Assembly (NCBI GenBank): GCA_052092505.1
Contig: JBQDDT010000001.1
Coordinates: 1 to 49,306, forward strand
Direction: 5' to 3'
Source of the DNA: Microbacterium sp.
Lineage (GTDB): Bacteria > Actinomycetota > Actinomycetes > Actinomycetales > Microbacteriaceae
DNA length: 49,306 nt
In this document: positions 1 through 11,519 of the stretch, piece by piece
Position numbering within the stretch: position 1 is the stretch's first letter
Layout: each line of letters begins with the position of its first letter
Translations under genes and position numbers: made by a program
Notes under the pieces: model-generated
What the model saw: the letters and a program-made list of their open reading frames with translations, nothing else
Databases searched by the model: none
Told to the model about the DNA's origin: nothing

Positions 1-53
1 CCCGTGCTACCGCCGTGAAAGGGCGGCGTCCTAGGCCGCTAAACGATGGGGCC
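1..53 (-). tRNA. tRNA-Glu(TTC), 3' end truncated by window edge
   Basis: Reverse complement reads GGCCCCATCGTTTAGCGGCCTAGGACGCCGCCCTTTCACGGCGGTAGCACGGG; anticodon stem CCGCC/GGCGG with loop CT-TTC-AC. Confidence 0.93.
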
Positions 54-232
54 GGTTGCGAACCTGCAGGCTCACCGTTACCGACAACCAAGCATACGAT
101 CCGAGCCGCGAATCTCCAACTCGAGGGCGCGGCGTCCGGATCTCGGGTGTGTCGACGGGCAGGATGGGTCCGTCTCCCGCCCCAGTTCGCGGGGGAGACG
201 CCCTCTCGTCGTGCGTGACGGATGAGCAGGGC

Positions 233-274
233 TGTTGCACTTGTGAATGATGTTGCTACTGTGACATCTGTGAA
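233..274 (+). promoter_or_regulatory. Five TGT(G/T)(A/G)(A/C) direct repeats at 9-bp spacing; candidate MtrA-type binding array
   Basis: TGTTGC 233, TGTGAA 242, TGTTGC 251, TGTGAC 260, TGTGAA 269 in an AT-rich patch upstream of the M23 gene. Confidence 0.5.
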
Positions 275-293
275 AAAGGCGGTGAACCAGCAG

Positions 294-1718
294 ATGAGCA
301 CCGAACCCGAGGTCGACTGCGGCTGCGCCCCGACCGAGGCGGAGCGGCGCGCCCTGTGGGGCCCGGTCTCTCGTCGCGTGGCTCTCGCGGTCGGAGCGGT
401 GGGCGTCGCGGCGGCGAGCGTGTCATCGTTCGCGGTGCCCGCGTCCGCCTACAACCCCGATGACTACCCTTCGTGGGCCGACGTCGCCAATGCGCGCCAG
501 AGCCAGTCGGCCAAGGCCGCGCAGACGCGGCGCATCGAGGGCCTGATCGCCCAGCTCAAGGACAACGTCGCGGCCGCCAAGGCGCGCGCCCGCGCCGCGG
601 CCGACGCGTACTACGAGGCGCAGCAGGCGGCCTTCGCCGCGGCCCGCCGCCTCACGGAGCTGCAGGGTCAGGCAGACGAGGCCGCGAAGACGGCCAAGGA
701 CGCCGAGCTGTCGGCCGCCCGCCTCGCGGCGCAGCTCACGCGCACGAGCGGGAACGAGACCTCCCTCGGCGTGCTCTTCGCCGACTCGAGTGCGAGCGCC
801 GATGAGCTCCTCGCGAAGCTCGGTCAGATGGACAAGCTCTCCGAGCAGAACGAGACGATCCGCGCCGACGCGGTCGCGGCTCGCGACTCGGCGCAGTCGC
901 TGAGTGACCAGGCCGAGGTGGCGCGCAAGGAGCGCGACCGCCTGCAGGAGGTCGCGGAGCAGAAGATGAAGGAGGCGGTCGCCGCGCAGCAGGCCGCCGA
1001 GGAGGCGCTCGCCCAGCAGGAGGAGCACCTCGCCACGCTCGAGGCCCAGCTCGCCGCGCTGAAGGACAAGACGAGCAAGACCGTCGCGGAGTATCAGAAG
1101 GGCGTCAAGGCCAAGAAGGCCTATGAGGCCGAGCAGGCCCGCATCGCCGAGGAGCGTCGCCGTAAGCAGGCCGAGGAGGCCGCCAAGGCCGCGGCCGCTG
1201 CGGCCGCCGCCGGCAGCGGCGGAGGCGGCGGTGGTGGATCCTCCGGGGGTGGATCCGGTGGATCGTCCGGTGGAAGCGGCGGCAGCGGAGGTTCCTCCGG
1301 CGGCGGCAGCGGCTGGGTGCGTCCGAACAACGGCGCCCACACCTCCGGCTACGGACCGCGCATGGTCCAGTGCGGATCCGGCTACTGCGCCAGCGGCTTC
1401 CACGAAGGCGTCGACCTCGCGGCTGGCTGCGGGGCGCCGATCCACGCGGCTCACTCCGGCACGGTCGTCGTCGCCGGGTACAGCGGCGGCTACGGCAACT
1501 ACGTCAAGATCGACCACGGCTATGGGATCGGCACCGGCTACGGCCATCAGTCCTCGATCGCCGTCGGCCCAGGGCAGTACGTCAGGGCCGGCCAGGTCAT
1601 CGGGTACGAGGGCAACACGGGCAACTCGTTCGGCTGCCACGTCCACTTCGAGGTCTATCAGAACGGCTACCCGGTCAACCCGGTGCCGTTCATGGCGGCA
1701 CGCGGCATCTCGGTCTGA
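294..1718 (+). CDS. Secreted peptidoglycan endopeptidase: coiled coil, Gly/Ser linker, M23 domain
   Basis: SRRVAL plus hydrophobic stretch (TAT-like signal), long Ala/Gln/Glu coiled coil, GGSSGG linker, M23 motifs HEGVD, GYGNYV and HVHFE. ORF is open from 222; ATG 294 preferred because of SD-like AAGGCGGTGA. Confidence 0.88.
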   Translation: MSTEPEVDCGCAPTEAERRALWGPVSRRVALAVGAVGVAAASVSSFAVPASAYNPDDYPSWADVANARQSQSAKAAQTRRIEGLIAQLKDNVAAAKARARAAADAYYEAQQAAFAAARRLTELQGQADEAAKTAKDAELSAARLAAQLTRTSGNETSLGVLFADSSASADELLAKLGQMDKLSEQNETIRADAVAARDSAQSLSDQAEVARKERDRLQEVAEQKMKEAVAAQQAAEEALAQQEEHLATLEAQLAALKDKTSKTVAEYQKGVKAKKAYEAEQARIAEERRRKQAEEAAKAAAAAAAAGSGGGGGGGSSGGGSGGSSGGSGGSGGSSGGGSGWVRPNNGAHTSGYGPRMVQCGSGYCASGFHEGVDLAAGCGAPIHAAHSGTVVVAGYSGGYGNYVKIDHGYGIGTGYGHQSSIAVGPGQYVRAGQVIGYEGNTGNSFGCHVHFEVYQNGYPVNPVPFMAARGISV

Positions 1719-1731
1719 TCCGCACCGCATC

Positions 1732-1773
1732 CGGATGAGGGGGGCTCGCGCCGCAGCGAGCCCCCCTCATCCG
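1732..1773 (+). terminator. Hairpin terminator of the M23 gene
   Basis: Perfect 18-bp stem CGGATGAGGGGGGCTCGC / GCGAGCCCCCCTCATCCG with 6-nt loop, 13 nt after the stop. Confidence 0.75.
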
Positions 1774-1818
1774 CGTCAGGGGTGAGACGATCCGCGCCGC
1801 CCAGCACGATCGGACGAC

Positions 1819-1850
1819 GAAGGGGGACCCGCCGCGGCGGGTCCCCCTTC
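1819..1850 (-). terminator. Hairpin terminator of ppa
   Basis: 32-bp palindrome GAAGGGGGACCCGCCGCGGCGGGTCCCCCTTC just downstream of the ppa stop, between convergent genes. Confidence 0.7.
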
Positions 1851-1864
1851 TCGATGCGCTCGGG

Positions 1865-2356
1865 TCAGTGGCCCTGCGTCTTGGCGCGCTCGAAGGCCTC
1901 GGTCACGAGGCGCTCGGCCTCGGCGGCGTCCGCCCACGCGTCGACCTTGACCCACTTGCCGGGCTCGAGGTCCTTGTAGTGCTCGAAGAAGTGGCCGATC
2001 TCCTTCTTCGTGTACTCCGGAAGGTCGTCGACGTCCTGGATGTGATCCCAGCGCGGGTCCTTCGCGAGCACGGCCACGACCTTGTCGTCTCCGCCGGCCT
2101 CGTCGCTCATCTTGAGGACGGCCACGGGGCGCACCGTCAGGCCGACGCCGGGGTGCACGGAGTGGTCCATGACGACGAGCACGTCGAGCGGGTCGCCGTC
2201 CTCGCCGAGGGTGTTCTCGAAGAACCCGTAGTCGGTCGGGTAGCCGAAGGTCGTGTACAGCACGCGGTCGAGGAAGACCCGACCGGTCTCGTGGTCCACC
2301 TCGTACTTCACGCGGCTGCCGCGCGGGATCTCGATGACGGCGTCGTATGCGCCCAT
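1865..2356 (-). CDS. ppa: Inorganic pyrophosphatase (family I)
   Basis: [42 protein letters not shown]; SD GGAGGAG. Confidence 0.97.
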   Translation of the reverse strand: MGAYDAVIEIPRGSRVKYEVDHETGRVFLDRVLYTTFGYPTDYGFFENTLGEDGDPLDVLVVMDHSVHPGVGLTVRPVAVLKMSDEAGGDDKVVAVLAKDPRWDHIQDVDDLPEYTKKEIGHFFEHYKDLEPGKWVKVDAWADAAEAERLVTEAFERAKTQGH

Positions 2357-2505
2357 GCCTGTGCTCCTCCAGGGGTGATGGTCGAATGCCGCGCACCAGC
2401 CTACTCGGCGCGATCCGCGTTCTCTCCGAGAGTCGGCCTCCGGGTGAGGACCCGGGGCCGCGCCGAGGGGAGAGCAGGCGCGACGGCGCGCGCTAGCGTG
2501 AGGGC

Positions 2506-3492
2506 ATGCTCGATCCCGCCGTCGCCGCCGTCCGCCTCGCCGTCCGCGATGCGCTGGAGCCGTTCGAGGGGAGCGGGGCGAGCGTCATGGTCGCCCTGTC
2601 GGGCGGCCCCGACTCCCTCGCGCTCGCGGCCGCGACGGCGCACGAGGCGCCGAAGCTCGGGCTCACGGCCGCCTCCGCGACGGTGGACCACGGCCTCCAG
2701 GACGGGTCGGCGGAGGTCGCCGCCCGAGCCAGCGCGCAAGCCGCGGACATCGGGATCGCGGACCGGCGGGTCGTGCGCGTGCGCGTCGGATCGGACGGCG
2801 GCCCCGAGGCGGCGGCTCGCGAGGCGCGCTACGCGGCGCTCGCCGAAGCCGCATCCGACGCGGGCGCCGCTGCCGTCCTCGTCGGGCACACCCTCGACGA
2901 CCAGGCCGAGACGGTGCTCCTCGGCCTCGCGCGCGGCTCGGGCTCTGCCAGCCTGCAGGGGATGGCGCCGCGGAGGATCGACGAGCGCGGCCTCGCCTGG
3001 ATCCGCCCCCTCCTCGGCCTGCGCCGCGCCGACACGCGCGCCTTCTGCGCAGCGTCGGCGCTCGAGCCGTGGGACGACCCGCACAACCTCGACGACGGCT
3101 TCGCCCGGGTGAGAGTGCGCGAGCGAGTTCTGCCCGTGCTTGAGCGCGAGCTCGGTCCTGGTGTCGCCGACGCCCTCGTCCGCACGGCGGCGCAGCTGCG
3201 CGAGGACGAGGAGGCGTTCGCCGACATGATCGACGAGACGATCGAGGACATCGTCGACCCCGCCGAGGCCGGGATCGCGGTCTCGGCCGCCGCGCTCCTC
3301 GCGAATCCCCCGGCGATCCGGCACCGGATCATCCGCCTCGTCGCGCAGAGCGAGTTCGGCGCGAGCCTGACGCGCCGGCAGACGCTCGAGGTCGCCCGCC
3401 TCGTGACCGACTGGCACGGGCAGGGCCCGATCGACCTGCCCGGCTGCTCCGCCCTCCGTCGCGGCGGGCTCGTCGAGCTCATCGCACGCTGA
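2506..3492 (+). CDS. tilS: tRNA(Ile)-lysidine synthetase
   Basis: PP-loop [36 protein letters not shown]; tilS-hpt-ftsH synteny. Confidence 0.96.
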   Translation: MLDPAVAAVRLAVRDALEPFEGSGASVMVALSGGPDSLALAAATAHEAPKLGLTAASATVDHGLQDGSAEVAARASAQAADIGIADRRVVRVRVGSDGGPEAAAREARYAALAEAASDAGAAAVLVGHTLDDQAETVLLGLARGSGSASLQGMAPRRIDERGLAWIRPLLGLRRADTRAFCAASALEPWDDPHNLDDGFARVRVRERVLPVLERELGPGVADALVRTAAQLREDEEAFADMIDETIEDIVDPAEAGIAVSAAALLANPPAIRHRIIRLVAQSEFGASLTRRQTLEVARLVTDWHGQGPIDLPGCSALRRGGLVELIAR

Positions 3493-3512
3493 TCCGCGCC
3501 TACACTTTCCGT

Positions 3513-4064
3513 ATGCGCGCCGCGGACATCCCCGACCAGCTGACCGAGGTCCTCGTCACCGAGGAGGAGATCGACGCGAAGCTCGCCGAGATCGCCCGCC
3601 TCGTCGAGGCCGACTACGTCGGCAGGAAGCTGCTCCTCGTGGGCGTCCTGAAGGGCGCCGCCACCGTGATGGTCGACTTCTCGCGACACCTGGAGCGGGA
3701 GATCGAGATGGACTGGATGGCCGTCTCGAGCTATGGAGCCGGCACGAAGTCGAGCGGCGTCGTCCAGATCCGCAAGGACCTCGACACCGACCTCCACGGA
3801 TACGACGTGCTCATCGTCGAGGACATCATCGACTCGGGGCTGACGCTCAGCTGGCTGCTGAAGAACTTCGCCGACCGGGGCGCGGAATCGGTCGAGGTGT
3901 TCGCGCTGCTGCGCAAGCCGGAGGCGGTGAAGGTCGAGATCGACTGCCGCTACCTCGGCTTCGACATCCCGAACAAGTTCGTCGTCGGCTACGGGCTCGA
4001 CTTCGCGGAGCACTACCGCAACCTCCGCGACGTCGCCGTCCTCGCCCCGCACGTCTACGCCTGA
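3513..4064 (+). CDS. hpt: Hypoxanthine phosphoribosyltransferase
   Basis: VLKGA, VSSYG, PRPP motif VLIVEDIIDSGLTL, FVVGYGLD. Confidence 0.97.
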   Translation: MRAADIPDQLTEVLVTEEEIDAKLAEIARLVEADYVGRKLLLVGVLKGAATVMVDFSRHLEREIEMDWMAVSSYGAGTKSSGVVQIRKDLDTDLHGYDVLIVEDIIDSGLTLSWLLKNFADRGAESVEVFALLRKPEAVKVEIDCRYLGFDIPNKFVVGYGLDFAEHYRNLRDVAVLAPHVYA

Positions 4065-4079
4065 GCCCCGCCGCCCCGA

Positions 4080-4153
4080 ACGACCCGTTCCGGTGCGACG
4101 AACTGCTCCAAGACCCGGCGCGGAGAGCACTTTGTCGCACCGGAACGGGTCGT
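4080..4153. repeat. Long inverted repeat (20-bp perfect arms, extendable to ~29 bp) between hpt and ftsH
   Basis: ACGACCCGTTCCGGTGCGAC (4080-4099) pairs with GTCGCACCGGAACGGGTCGT (4134-4153); inner TGCTC/GAGCA also pairs. Confidence 0.8.
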
Positions 4154-4288
4154 CGAGCGCAGGTACGCCGTCGGCGAATCCCAGACGCGACATAACGGCG
4201 CCGCGGTAGCCTGGTCGGCAGCGCGCCCTGGCGCGCCATCGGCATCGCCGACGCATCGACCCAAGGGAGCCCGGGCACGGCCCACACC

Positions 4289-6292
<2,004 letters not shown>

Positions 6293-6310
6293 CGGATCGG
6301 AGCGGACGAC

Positions 6311-6919
6311 ATGACGGTGCCGGACGCGTCGAGGGGCGTGGACCAGGAGCGCGTGGCCGCGCTCACGCGGGAGCTGCTGATCGCGATCGGCGAGGACCCG
6401 GACCGCCCCGGCCTGACACGCACCCCGGCGCGCCTGGCCGAGATGGTCGCCGAGATGTACTCCGGCCTCGCACTCGATCCGTCAGAGCCCCTCTCGCACA
6501 CGATCAGCGTCGCCGACGGCCCGGCGCCGGAGACGCAGCCGTCCGGAGCGGTCGTCGTCCGCGACATCCGCTTCCGCTCGGTGTGCGAGCACCACCTTCT
6601 GCCGAGCGCCGGCGTCGCGCACATCGCGTACCTGCCGGGCGAGAAGGTGGTGGGACTCGGCGCGCTGCCGAAGGTCGTCGACGTGCTCGCCAACCGCCCG
6701 CAGGTCCAGGAGCGGCTCGGGGAGCAGATCGCCGACGCGATCGACGACGCCCTGGCTCCGCGCGGCGTGGTCGTCGTGCTCGACGCCGTGCACCAGTGCG
6801 TGACCATGCGCGGCGGACGCCAGCCCGACAGCTCGACGGTCACGATCGCTGCGCGCGGCGAACTCGCCGAGCCGGCCGCGCGCACCGAGATCATGGGCCT
6901 CATCCGGGGGGCGTCGTAG
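6311..6919 (+). CDS. folE: GTP cyclohydrolase I
   Basis: IGEDPDRPGL, TPAR, SVCEHHLLP, PQVQE, HQCVTMRG; position after ftsH. Confidence 0.94.
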   Translation: MTVPDASRGVDQERVAALTRELLIAIGEDPDRPGLTRTPARLAEMVAEMYSGLALDPSEPLSHTISVADGPAPETQPSGAVVVRDIRFRSVCEHHLLPSAGVAHIAYLPGEKVVGLGALPKVVDVLANRPQVQERLGEQIADAIDDALAPRGVVVVLDAVHQCVTMRGGRQPDSSTVTIAARGELAEPAARTEIMGLIRGAS

Positions 6920-8152
6920 ATGGGCGCGGACCGCGGCATGGAGATCTGGGGCGTCGTCAACGTCACCCCTGACTCCTTCAGCGACGGCGGCGAGCACTTC
7001 GCGCACGAGGACGCGATCGCGCACGGGCGCCTGCTGATCTCCCAGGGCGCGACGGTGCTCGACGTGGGCGGCGAGTCCACGCGGCCCGGATCGCTCCCGG
7101 TCGGCGCGGAGGAGGAGCTGCGACGCGTCCTCCCCGTCGTCACCGCGCTCGCCGCCGATGGCTCGATCGTGAGCGTCGACACCTATCGTTCCGAGGTCGC
7201 CGAGGCGACGATCGCCGCCGGCGCGCGGATCGTCAACGACGTCTCCGGCGGGCTCGAGGATCCGCGGATCCTCGACGTCGTCGCCGCGAGCGACGCGGAG
7301 ATCGCGATCGGGCACTGGCGCGGCCCGTCCGCCGACATGTACGCGATGGCGCAGTACGCCGACGTCGGCCGGGAGGTCGCCGCCGAGCTGTCCGCGCGCG
7401 TGGAGCGCGCCGTCGCCGCCGGCATCCCGCGCGAGCGGATCATTCTGGACCCCGGCATCGGCTTCGCCAAGACGGCGGAGCAGAGCTGGCGCGTGCTGCG
7501 CGAGCTCGAGGAGATCCTGGCGCTCGGCCTGCGCGTGCTCATCGGGGTCTCGCGCAAGCGCTTCTTCCGGACGGTGCTCGGGGAGGACCCGGACCCGGCC
7601 CGTCGGGACCTCGCGACGGCCGTGGCGAGCGTGCTGTCGGCGCAGCAGGGCGCGTACGGCGTGCGCGTGCACGACGTCGTCTCGACGGTCGATGCGCTCG
7701 CGGTGCGCGACGCATGGCGGGGCGAGGGAGCTGACCCGGACGCCGCGTCGACCGGCGAGGGCGAGCGCCGCGCCGACGAGGAGGGGCGGATCGCGCTGAC
7801 CGGGCTGCGGGTGCGCGGGCACCACGGCGTGCTCGCCTCCGAGCGGGAGAACGGCCAGGAGTTCGTGATCGACGTCGCCCTCCGCCTGCCGGTCGGCCCC
7901 GCCGCGCGCAGCGACGACCTCGCGGACACGGTTCACTACGGCGAGCTTGCCGAGACGGTCGCGGCGATCGTCGCGGGAGAGCCCGTCGACCTCATCGAGA
8001 CGCTCGGGGGGCGCATCGCCGATGCCGTCCTCGCCTTCGACACGCGGATCGCCGAGACGGAGGTCACGGTGCACAAGCCCCAGGCGCCGATCGCGCTCGC
8101 GTTCGACGACGTGTCGGTGACCGTCCGGCGCCGCAGGGGCGCGCGGCGATGA
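6920..8152 (+). CDS. folP: Fused dihydropteroate synthase / dihydroneopterin aldolase (FolP-FolB)
   Basis: N-part NVTPDSFSDGG, DVGGESTRPG, LDPGIGF, SRKRF, RVHDV; C-part IALTGLRVRGHHGV, GQEFVIDV, DDLADTVHYG, VTVHKP; no stop between the two. Confidence 0.92.
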   Translation: MGADRGMEIWGVVNVTPDSFSDGGEHFAHEDAIAHGRLLISQGATVLDVGGESTRPGSLPVGAEEELRRVLPVVTALAADGSIVSVDTYRSEVAEATIAAGARIVNDVSGGLEDPRILDVVAASDAEIAIGHWRGPSADMYAMAQYADVGREVAAELSARVERAVAAGIPRERIILDPGIGFAKTAEQSWRVLRELEEILALGLRVLIGVSRKRFFRTVLGEDPDPARRDLATAVASVLSAQQGAYGVRVHDVVSTVDALAVRDAWRGEGADPDAASTGEGERRADEEGRIALTGLRVRGHHGVLASERENGQEFVIDVALRLPVGPAARSDDLADTVHYGELAETVAAIVAGEPVDLIETLGGRIADAVLAFDTRIAETEVTVHKPQAPIALAFDDVSVTVRRRRGARR

Positions 8153-8646
8153 CGGCCGCGGTGCGCGCGGTCGTCGCCTTGGGGGCGAATCTCGGCGACC
8201 GTCGTGCCGTGCTGTGCGAGGCGGAGCGCGAGCTCGCCGCCCTCGACGGCGTGAGCGAGGTGCGCATGTCGACGCCGATCGAGTCGGTGGCGATCACGCT
8301 CGACGGCCCGGATGAGGAGCGACCGTCCTACCTCAACGCCGTCGCCCTCGTGACGACGACGCTCGCCCCAGCCGCCCTGCTCGCGGCGATGCACGGCATC
8401 GAGACCAGGAACGGGCGGGTGCGCGCCGAGCGCTGGGGAGATCGCACGCTGGATCTCGACCTGATCGCCTACGCGGACGAGCGCTCCGACGATCCGGCGC
8501 TCGTCCTTCCGCATCCGCGCGCACACGAGCGCGACTTCGTCCTCGCTCCGTGGGTCGAGCTCGACCCCGACGCCGTGCTTCCCGGGCGCGGCCCGGTGAC
8601 GGCGCTGCTGGCCGAGCTTCGCGACGGGGCAGGGGAGGACGGGTGA
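8149..8646 (+). CDS. folK: 2-amino-4-hydroxy-6-hydroxymethyldihydropteridine pyrophosphokinase
   Basis: ALGANLGDR, YLNAV, RWGDRTLDLDLI, LPHPRAHERDFVLAPW; ATGA overlap with upstream gene. Confidence 0.96.
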   Translation: MTAAVRAVVALGANLGDRRAVLCEAERELAALDGVSEVRMSTPIESVAITLDGPDEERPSYLNAVALVTTTLAPAALLAAMHGIETRNGRVRAERWGDRTLDLDLIAYADERSDDPALVLPHPRAHERDFVLAPWVELDPDAVLPGRGPVTALLAELRDGAGEDG

Positions 8647-9131
8647 AGCGCACCGACCCGCTCGCCCTCGTCGTCGCCGCCGTGCTCGGAGGCGGCGGTG
8701 GATTCGTCGTCGACCAGCTCCTCAGCGCGACGGGGCATCCGACATTCACGCCGCCGATCGGCCTGGCGATCATGCTCGTCGTCCTGGGAGGCGCCTGCCT
8801 CGCGCTCGCCTGGCCGATCCGCCGGTCGCTGCGGGACGCGCGGGCGCCGCGCGTCGATCCGTTCCGCGCCGTGAGGGTCGCCGTGCTGGCGAAGGCGTCC
8901 AGCCTGGTGGGGGCGGTGACGGGCGGCGCAGCGCTCGGCCTCCTCGTGTTCCTCACTACCCGTCCTGTCTCCCCGCCGCTAGGGTCGATGGGAGCGATCA
9001 TCGCCGCGGTCGTGGCCAGCATCCTCCTCGTCGCGGCCGCACTGGTCGCCGAGCACATGTGCACCCTGCCGAAGGACCCCGATGACCCAGAGCACCCCGA
9101 CACCGGGCCAGGAGCCGAGCCGACGGCCTGA
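8643..9131 (+). CDS. DUF3180-family membrane protein
   Basis: GTG 8643 overlaps folK stop (GTGA); four TM segments, LAKASS and AEHMCTLP motifs; usual position after folK. Confidence 0.8.
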   Translation: MKRTDPLALVVAAVLGGGGGFVVDQLLSATGHPTFTPPIGLAIMLVVLGGACLALAWPIRRSLRDARAPRVDPFRAVRVAVLAKASSLVGAVTGGAALGLLVFLTTRPVSPPLGSMGAIIAAVVASILLVAAALVAEHMCTLPKDPDDPEHPDTGPGAEPTA

Positions 9132-9750
9132 GCCGGCGACCGAGCCGACGATGCACGAGCCCCCTGCTCCCTCCGCCGGCGCGTCCGGCGAGGGGGCAGC
9201 TGCGCCCGCCGTCGCCGAGCCGGACGTCCTCGACGACGGCACGTACGCCGAGCTGCGCCGGCCCCGCGGCGAGGGGCGCCTCGACCTCGACGGGCGGTGG
9301 CACCAGATCTCGCCGAAGTACGTCGTCTCCCAGACGGTGCAGAACGCGATCTTCGTCGTGATCGTCGTCATCGCGGGCGTCGTGGCGCAGCTGATCTGGT
9401 CGCGTCCGTGGGTGTGGATCCCCGTCGGCGCCATCGTGCTCATCACGCTCATCGTCCAGATCATCCTCCCGCGGCAGGCGCGTGCGCTCGGATACATGCT
9501 CCGCGGCGACGACCTCGTCTTCCGCAAAGGCATCCTCTGGCAGCGGATGGTCGCGGTCCCGTACGGGCGGATGCAGCTGGTCGACATCACCCACGGGCCG
9601 ATGGACCGTGCGTTCGGCATCGCGAAGCTCAAGATGATCACGGCAGCGGCGACGACCGGGGTCGAGATCCCCGGGCTCTCCCAGACCGCGGCGGAGGCGC
9701 TGCGTGACACCCTGATCGAGGTCGCCGAGACGAGGCGGACCGGCCTGTGA
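9082..9750 (+). CDS. Bacterial PH-domain (YdbS-like) membrane protein
   Basis: Two TM segments then VPYGRMQLVDITHGPMDRAFG, IPGL; alternative start ATG 9151. Confidence 0.82.
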   Translation: MTQSTPTPGQEPSRRPEPATEPTMHEPPAPSAGASGEGAAAPAVAEPDVLDDGTYAELRRPRGEGRLDLDGRWHQISPKYVVSQTVQNAIFVVIVVIAGVVAQLIWSRPWVWIPVGAIVLITLIVQIILPRQARALGYMLRGDDLVFRKGILWQRMVAVPYGRMQLVDITHGPMDRAFGIAKLKMITAAATTGVEIPGLSQTAAEALRDTLIEVAETRRTGL

Positions 9751-11519
9751 CCGACCAGTCGCGAACCGCCGCGCCCGTCTCGCCCCTCTCCGGCGGCGGG
9801 TCGTCGTCGCTCGCCGACGGGAAGTGGCACCGTCTGCACCCCCTCACGCCGCTGTTCCGCGGCGGGCTCGTGCTCGTCGTCGTGATCGGCATCGTCCTCG
9901 CCAACCTGCGCGAGCGCGTCGTGTACTGGGCCATCTCGATCTTCGGCGGCGACGTCGACATCGACATCGAGGACGGCGATCCGGTCGGGTGGGCGATCGA
10001 CTGGACCGTCGGGAACAACCTGATCCTCGTCGCCGGGCTGGCGCTCCTCGCGGCGCTCCTCATCGTGTGCGGCGCGTTCTGGCTCGTGTGGCGCAAGCAC
10101 GAGTTCCGGATCACCGAGGAGCATGTCGAGGTCAGGCGGGGGATCCTCTTCCGCACGCACCGGCGCGCGCCGCTCGACCGCGTGCAGGGCGTGAACCTCA
10201 CCCGCCCGTTCATCGCGCGCCTCGTCGGGATCGCCAAGCTCGAGGTCGACGGAGCGGGCACCGACGCGAACGTGCCGCTCGAGTATCTCGCGACGAAGCG
10301 GGCCGAGGAGGTCCGCGCCGACATCCTGCGCCTGGCCTCCGGCGTGCGGACCAGGAGGGCCGAGGCGCGCGCGGGCGGCGGCTCCGACGAAGCGCACGGC
10401 GTGACGGCCACGGTGAGCCAGGGCGTCCAGGGACTGATCGACGGGGTCGACACCGATGACGTCGCCCCGGAGAGCCTCGTGCGGATCCCGACGGGGCGGA
10501 TCCTCGGGTCGCAGGCGCTGGACCTCGTCACCTGGGCGATCATCCTCGCCGTCGCGTACGGGCTGTTCATCGGCGTGCTCCTGCCGATCGCGATCACGAA
10601 CGACGACGGTCCGGAGGAGGGGTTCGCGATCCTCGGGATCACGGCGGTCGCGACGCTCGTGCCGATCGTGATCGCCCTCGTCGCGGTGCTGTGGTCGAAG
10701 GTCTCCAAGTCGCTGCGCTACGCGATCGCCGAGACGCCGGGAGGGGTGCGGATCACGCACGGCCTCCTCACCACGACGACCCAGACGATCCCGCCAGGCC
10801 GCATCCACGCGCTCGAGATCACGCAGCCGATCCTGTGGCGCCCCTTCGGATGGTGGCACATCCGGATCAACCGGGTCTCGGGCCGAAGCGCCGCGCAGCA
10901 GCAGTCGGGAGCGGCCCAGCAGTCGGCCCAGATCCTGCCGGTCGGCACGCGCGCCGACATCGAGCGGGTCCTCGCGGTCTGCCTTCCCTACCTGCCGCTG
11001 GAGGACCTTCCGCTCGTGGTCGACCACGGGATGTACGGACCGGTCGCGGACGAGCCAGACCCGTACCGCACGATGGCGCGGCGCGGCTGGTGGCGGCGAC
11101 CGGTGTCGTTCCGCCGTCACGGGTACGCGGTGAGCGCGTACGGGCTGATGATGCGTCGCGGCGTCGTCTGGCGCAAGCAGGCGATCTTCCCGCTCGCCCG
11201 GCTCCAGGGCGTCTCGCTCGCGCAGGGACCGATCGACCGCGCCCAGCGGGTCGCGTGGGCGCACGCGCACGTCGTGCAGGGCATGATCTCCGGCCAGGTC
11301 GTGGGGCTCGACCGAGCGGACGCGCTGGAGCTCCTCGAGCAGACGTCGGCGGGCGCCGTCGCGGCGGCCGCGGCCGACCAGACGCACCGCTGGGGCGAGT
11401 CCGCGCCGGCGCCCGGGACGCTCGCGGAGGCGATCCGCTCCTCGACAGGGGTGCTGCCGGGCGCCGCCGGCGTCCCGCAGGGCGGCGATCTGCCCCTGCC
11501 GCCCCGGGGCGAGGAATGA
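9747..11519 (+). CDS. Multi-PH-domain (YdbT-like) membrane protein
   Basis: WHRLHPLTPL; repeated PH motifs PLDRVQGV, PPGRIHAL, PLARLQGVSLAQGP; TM segments; GTGA coupling. Confidence 0.82.
   Translation: MTDQSRTAAPVSPLSGGGSSSLADGKWHRLHPLTPLFRGGLVLVVVIGIVLANLRERVVYWAISIFGGDVDIDIEDGDPVGWAIDWTVGNNLILVAGLALLAALLIVCGAFWLVWRKHEFRITEEHVEVRRGILFRTHRRAPLDRVQGVNLTRPFIARLVGIAKLEVDGAGTDANVPLEYLATKRAEEVRADILRLASGVRTRRAEARAGGGSDEAHGVTATVSQGVQGLIDGVDTDDVAPESLVRIPTGRILGSQALDLVTWAIILAVAYGLFIGVLLPIAITNDDGPEEGFAILGITAVATLVPIVIALVAVLWSKVSKSLRYAIAETPGGVRITHGLLTTTTQTIPPGRIHALEITQPILWRPFGWWHIRINRVSGRSAAQQQSGAAQQSAQILPVGTRADIERVLAVCLPYLPLEDLPLVVDHGMYGPVADEPDPYRTMARRGWWRRPVSFRRHGYAVSAYGLMMRRGVVWRKQAIFPLARLQGVSLAQGPIDRAQRVAWAHAHVVQGMISGQVVGLDRADALELLEQTSAGAVAAAAADQTHRWGESAPAPGTLAEAIRSSTGVLPGAAGVPQGGDLPLPPRGEE

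Noticed and set aside
1213-1313. GGC/GGT/TCC-rich repetitive tract
   Set aside because: Encodes the Gly/Ser linker of the M23 protein; not a CRISPR array or independent repeat
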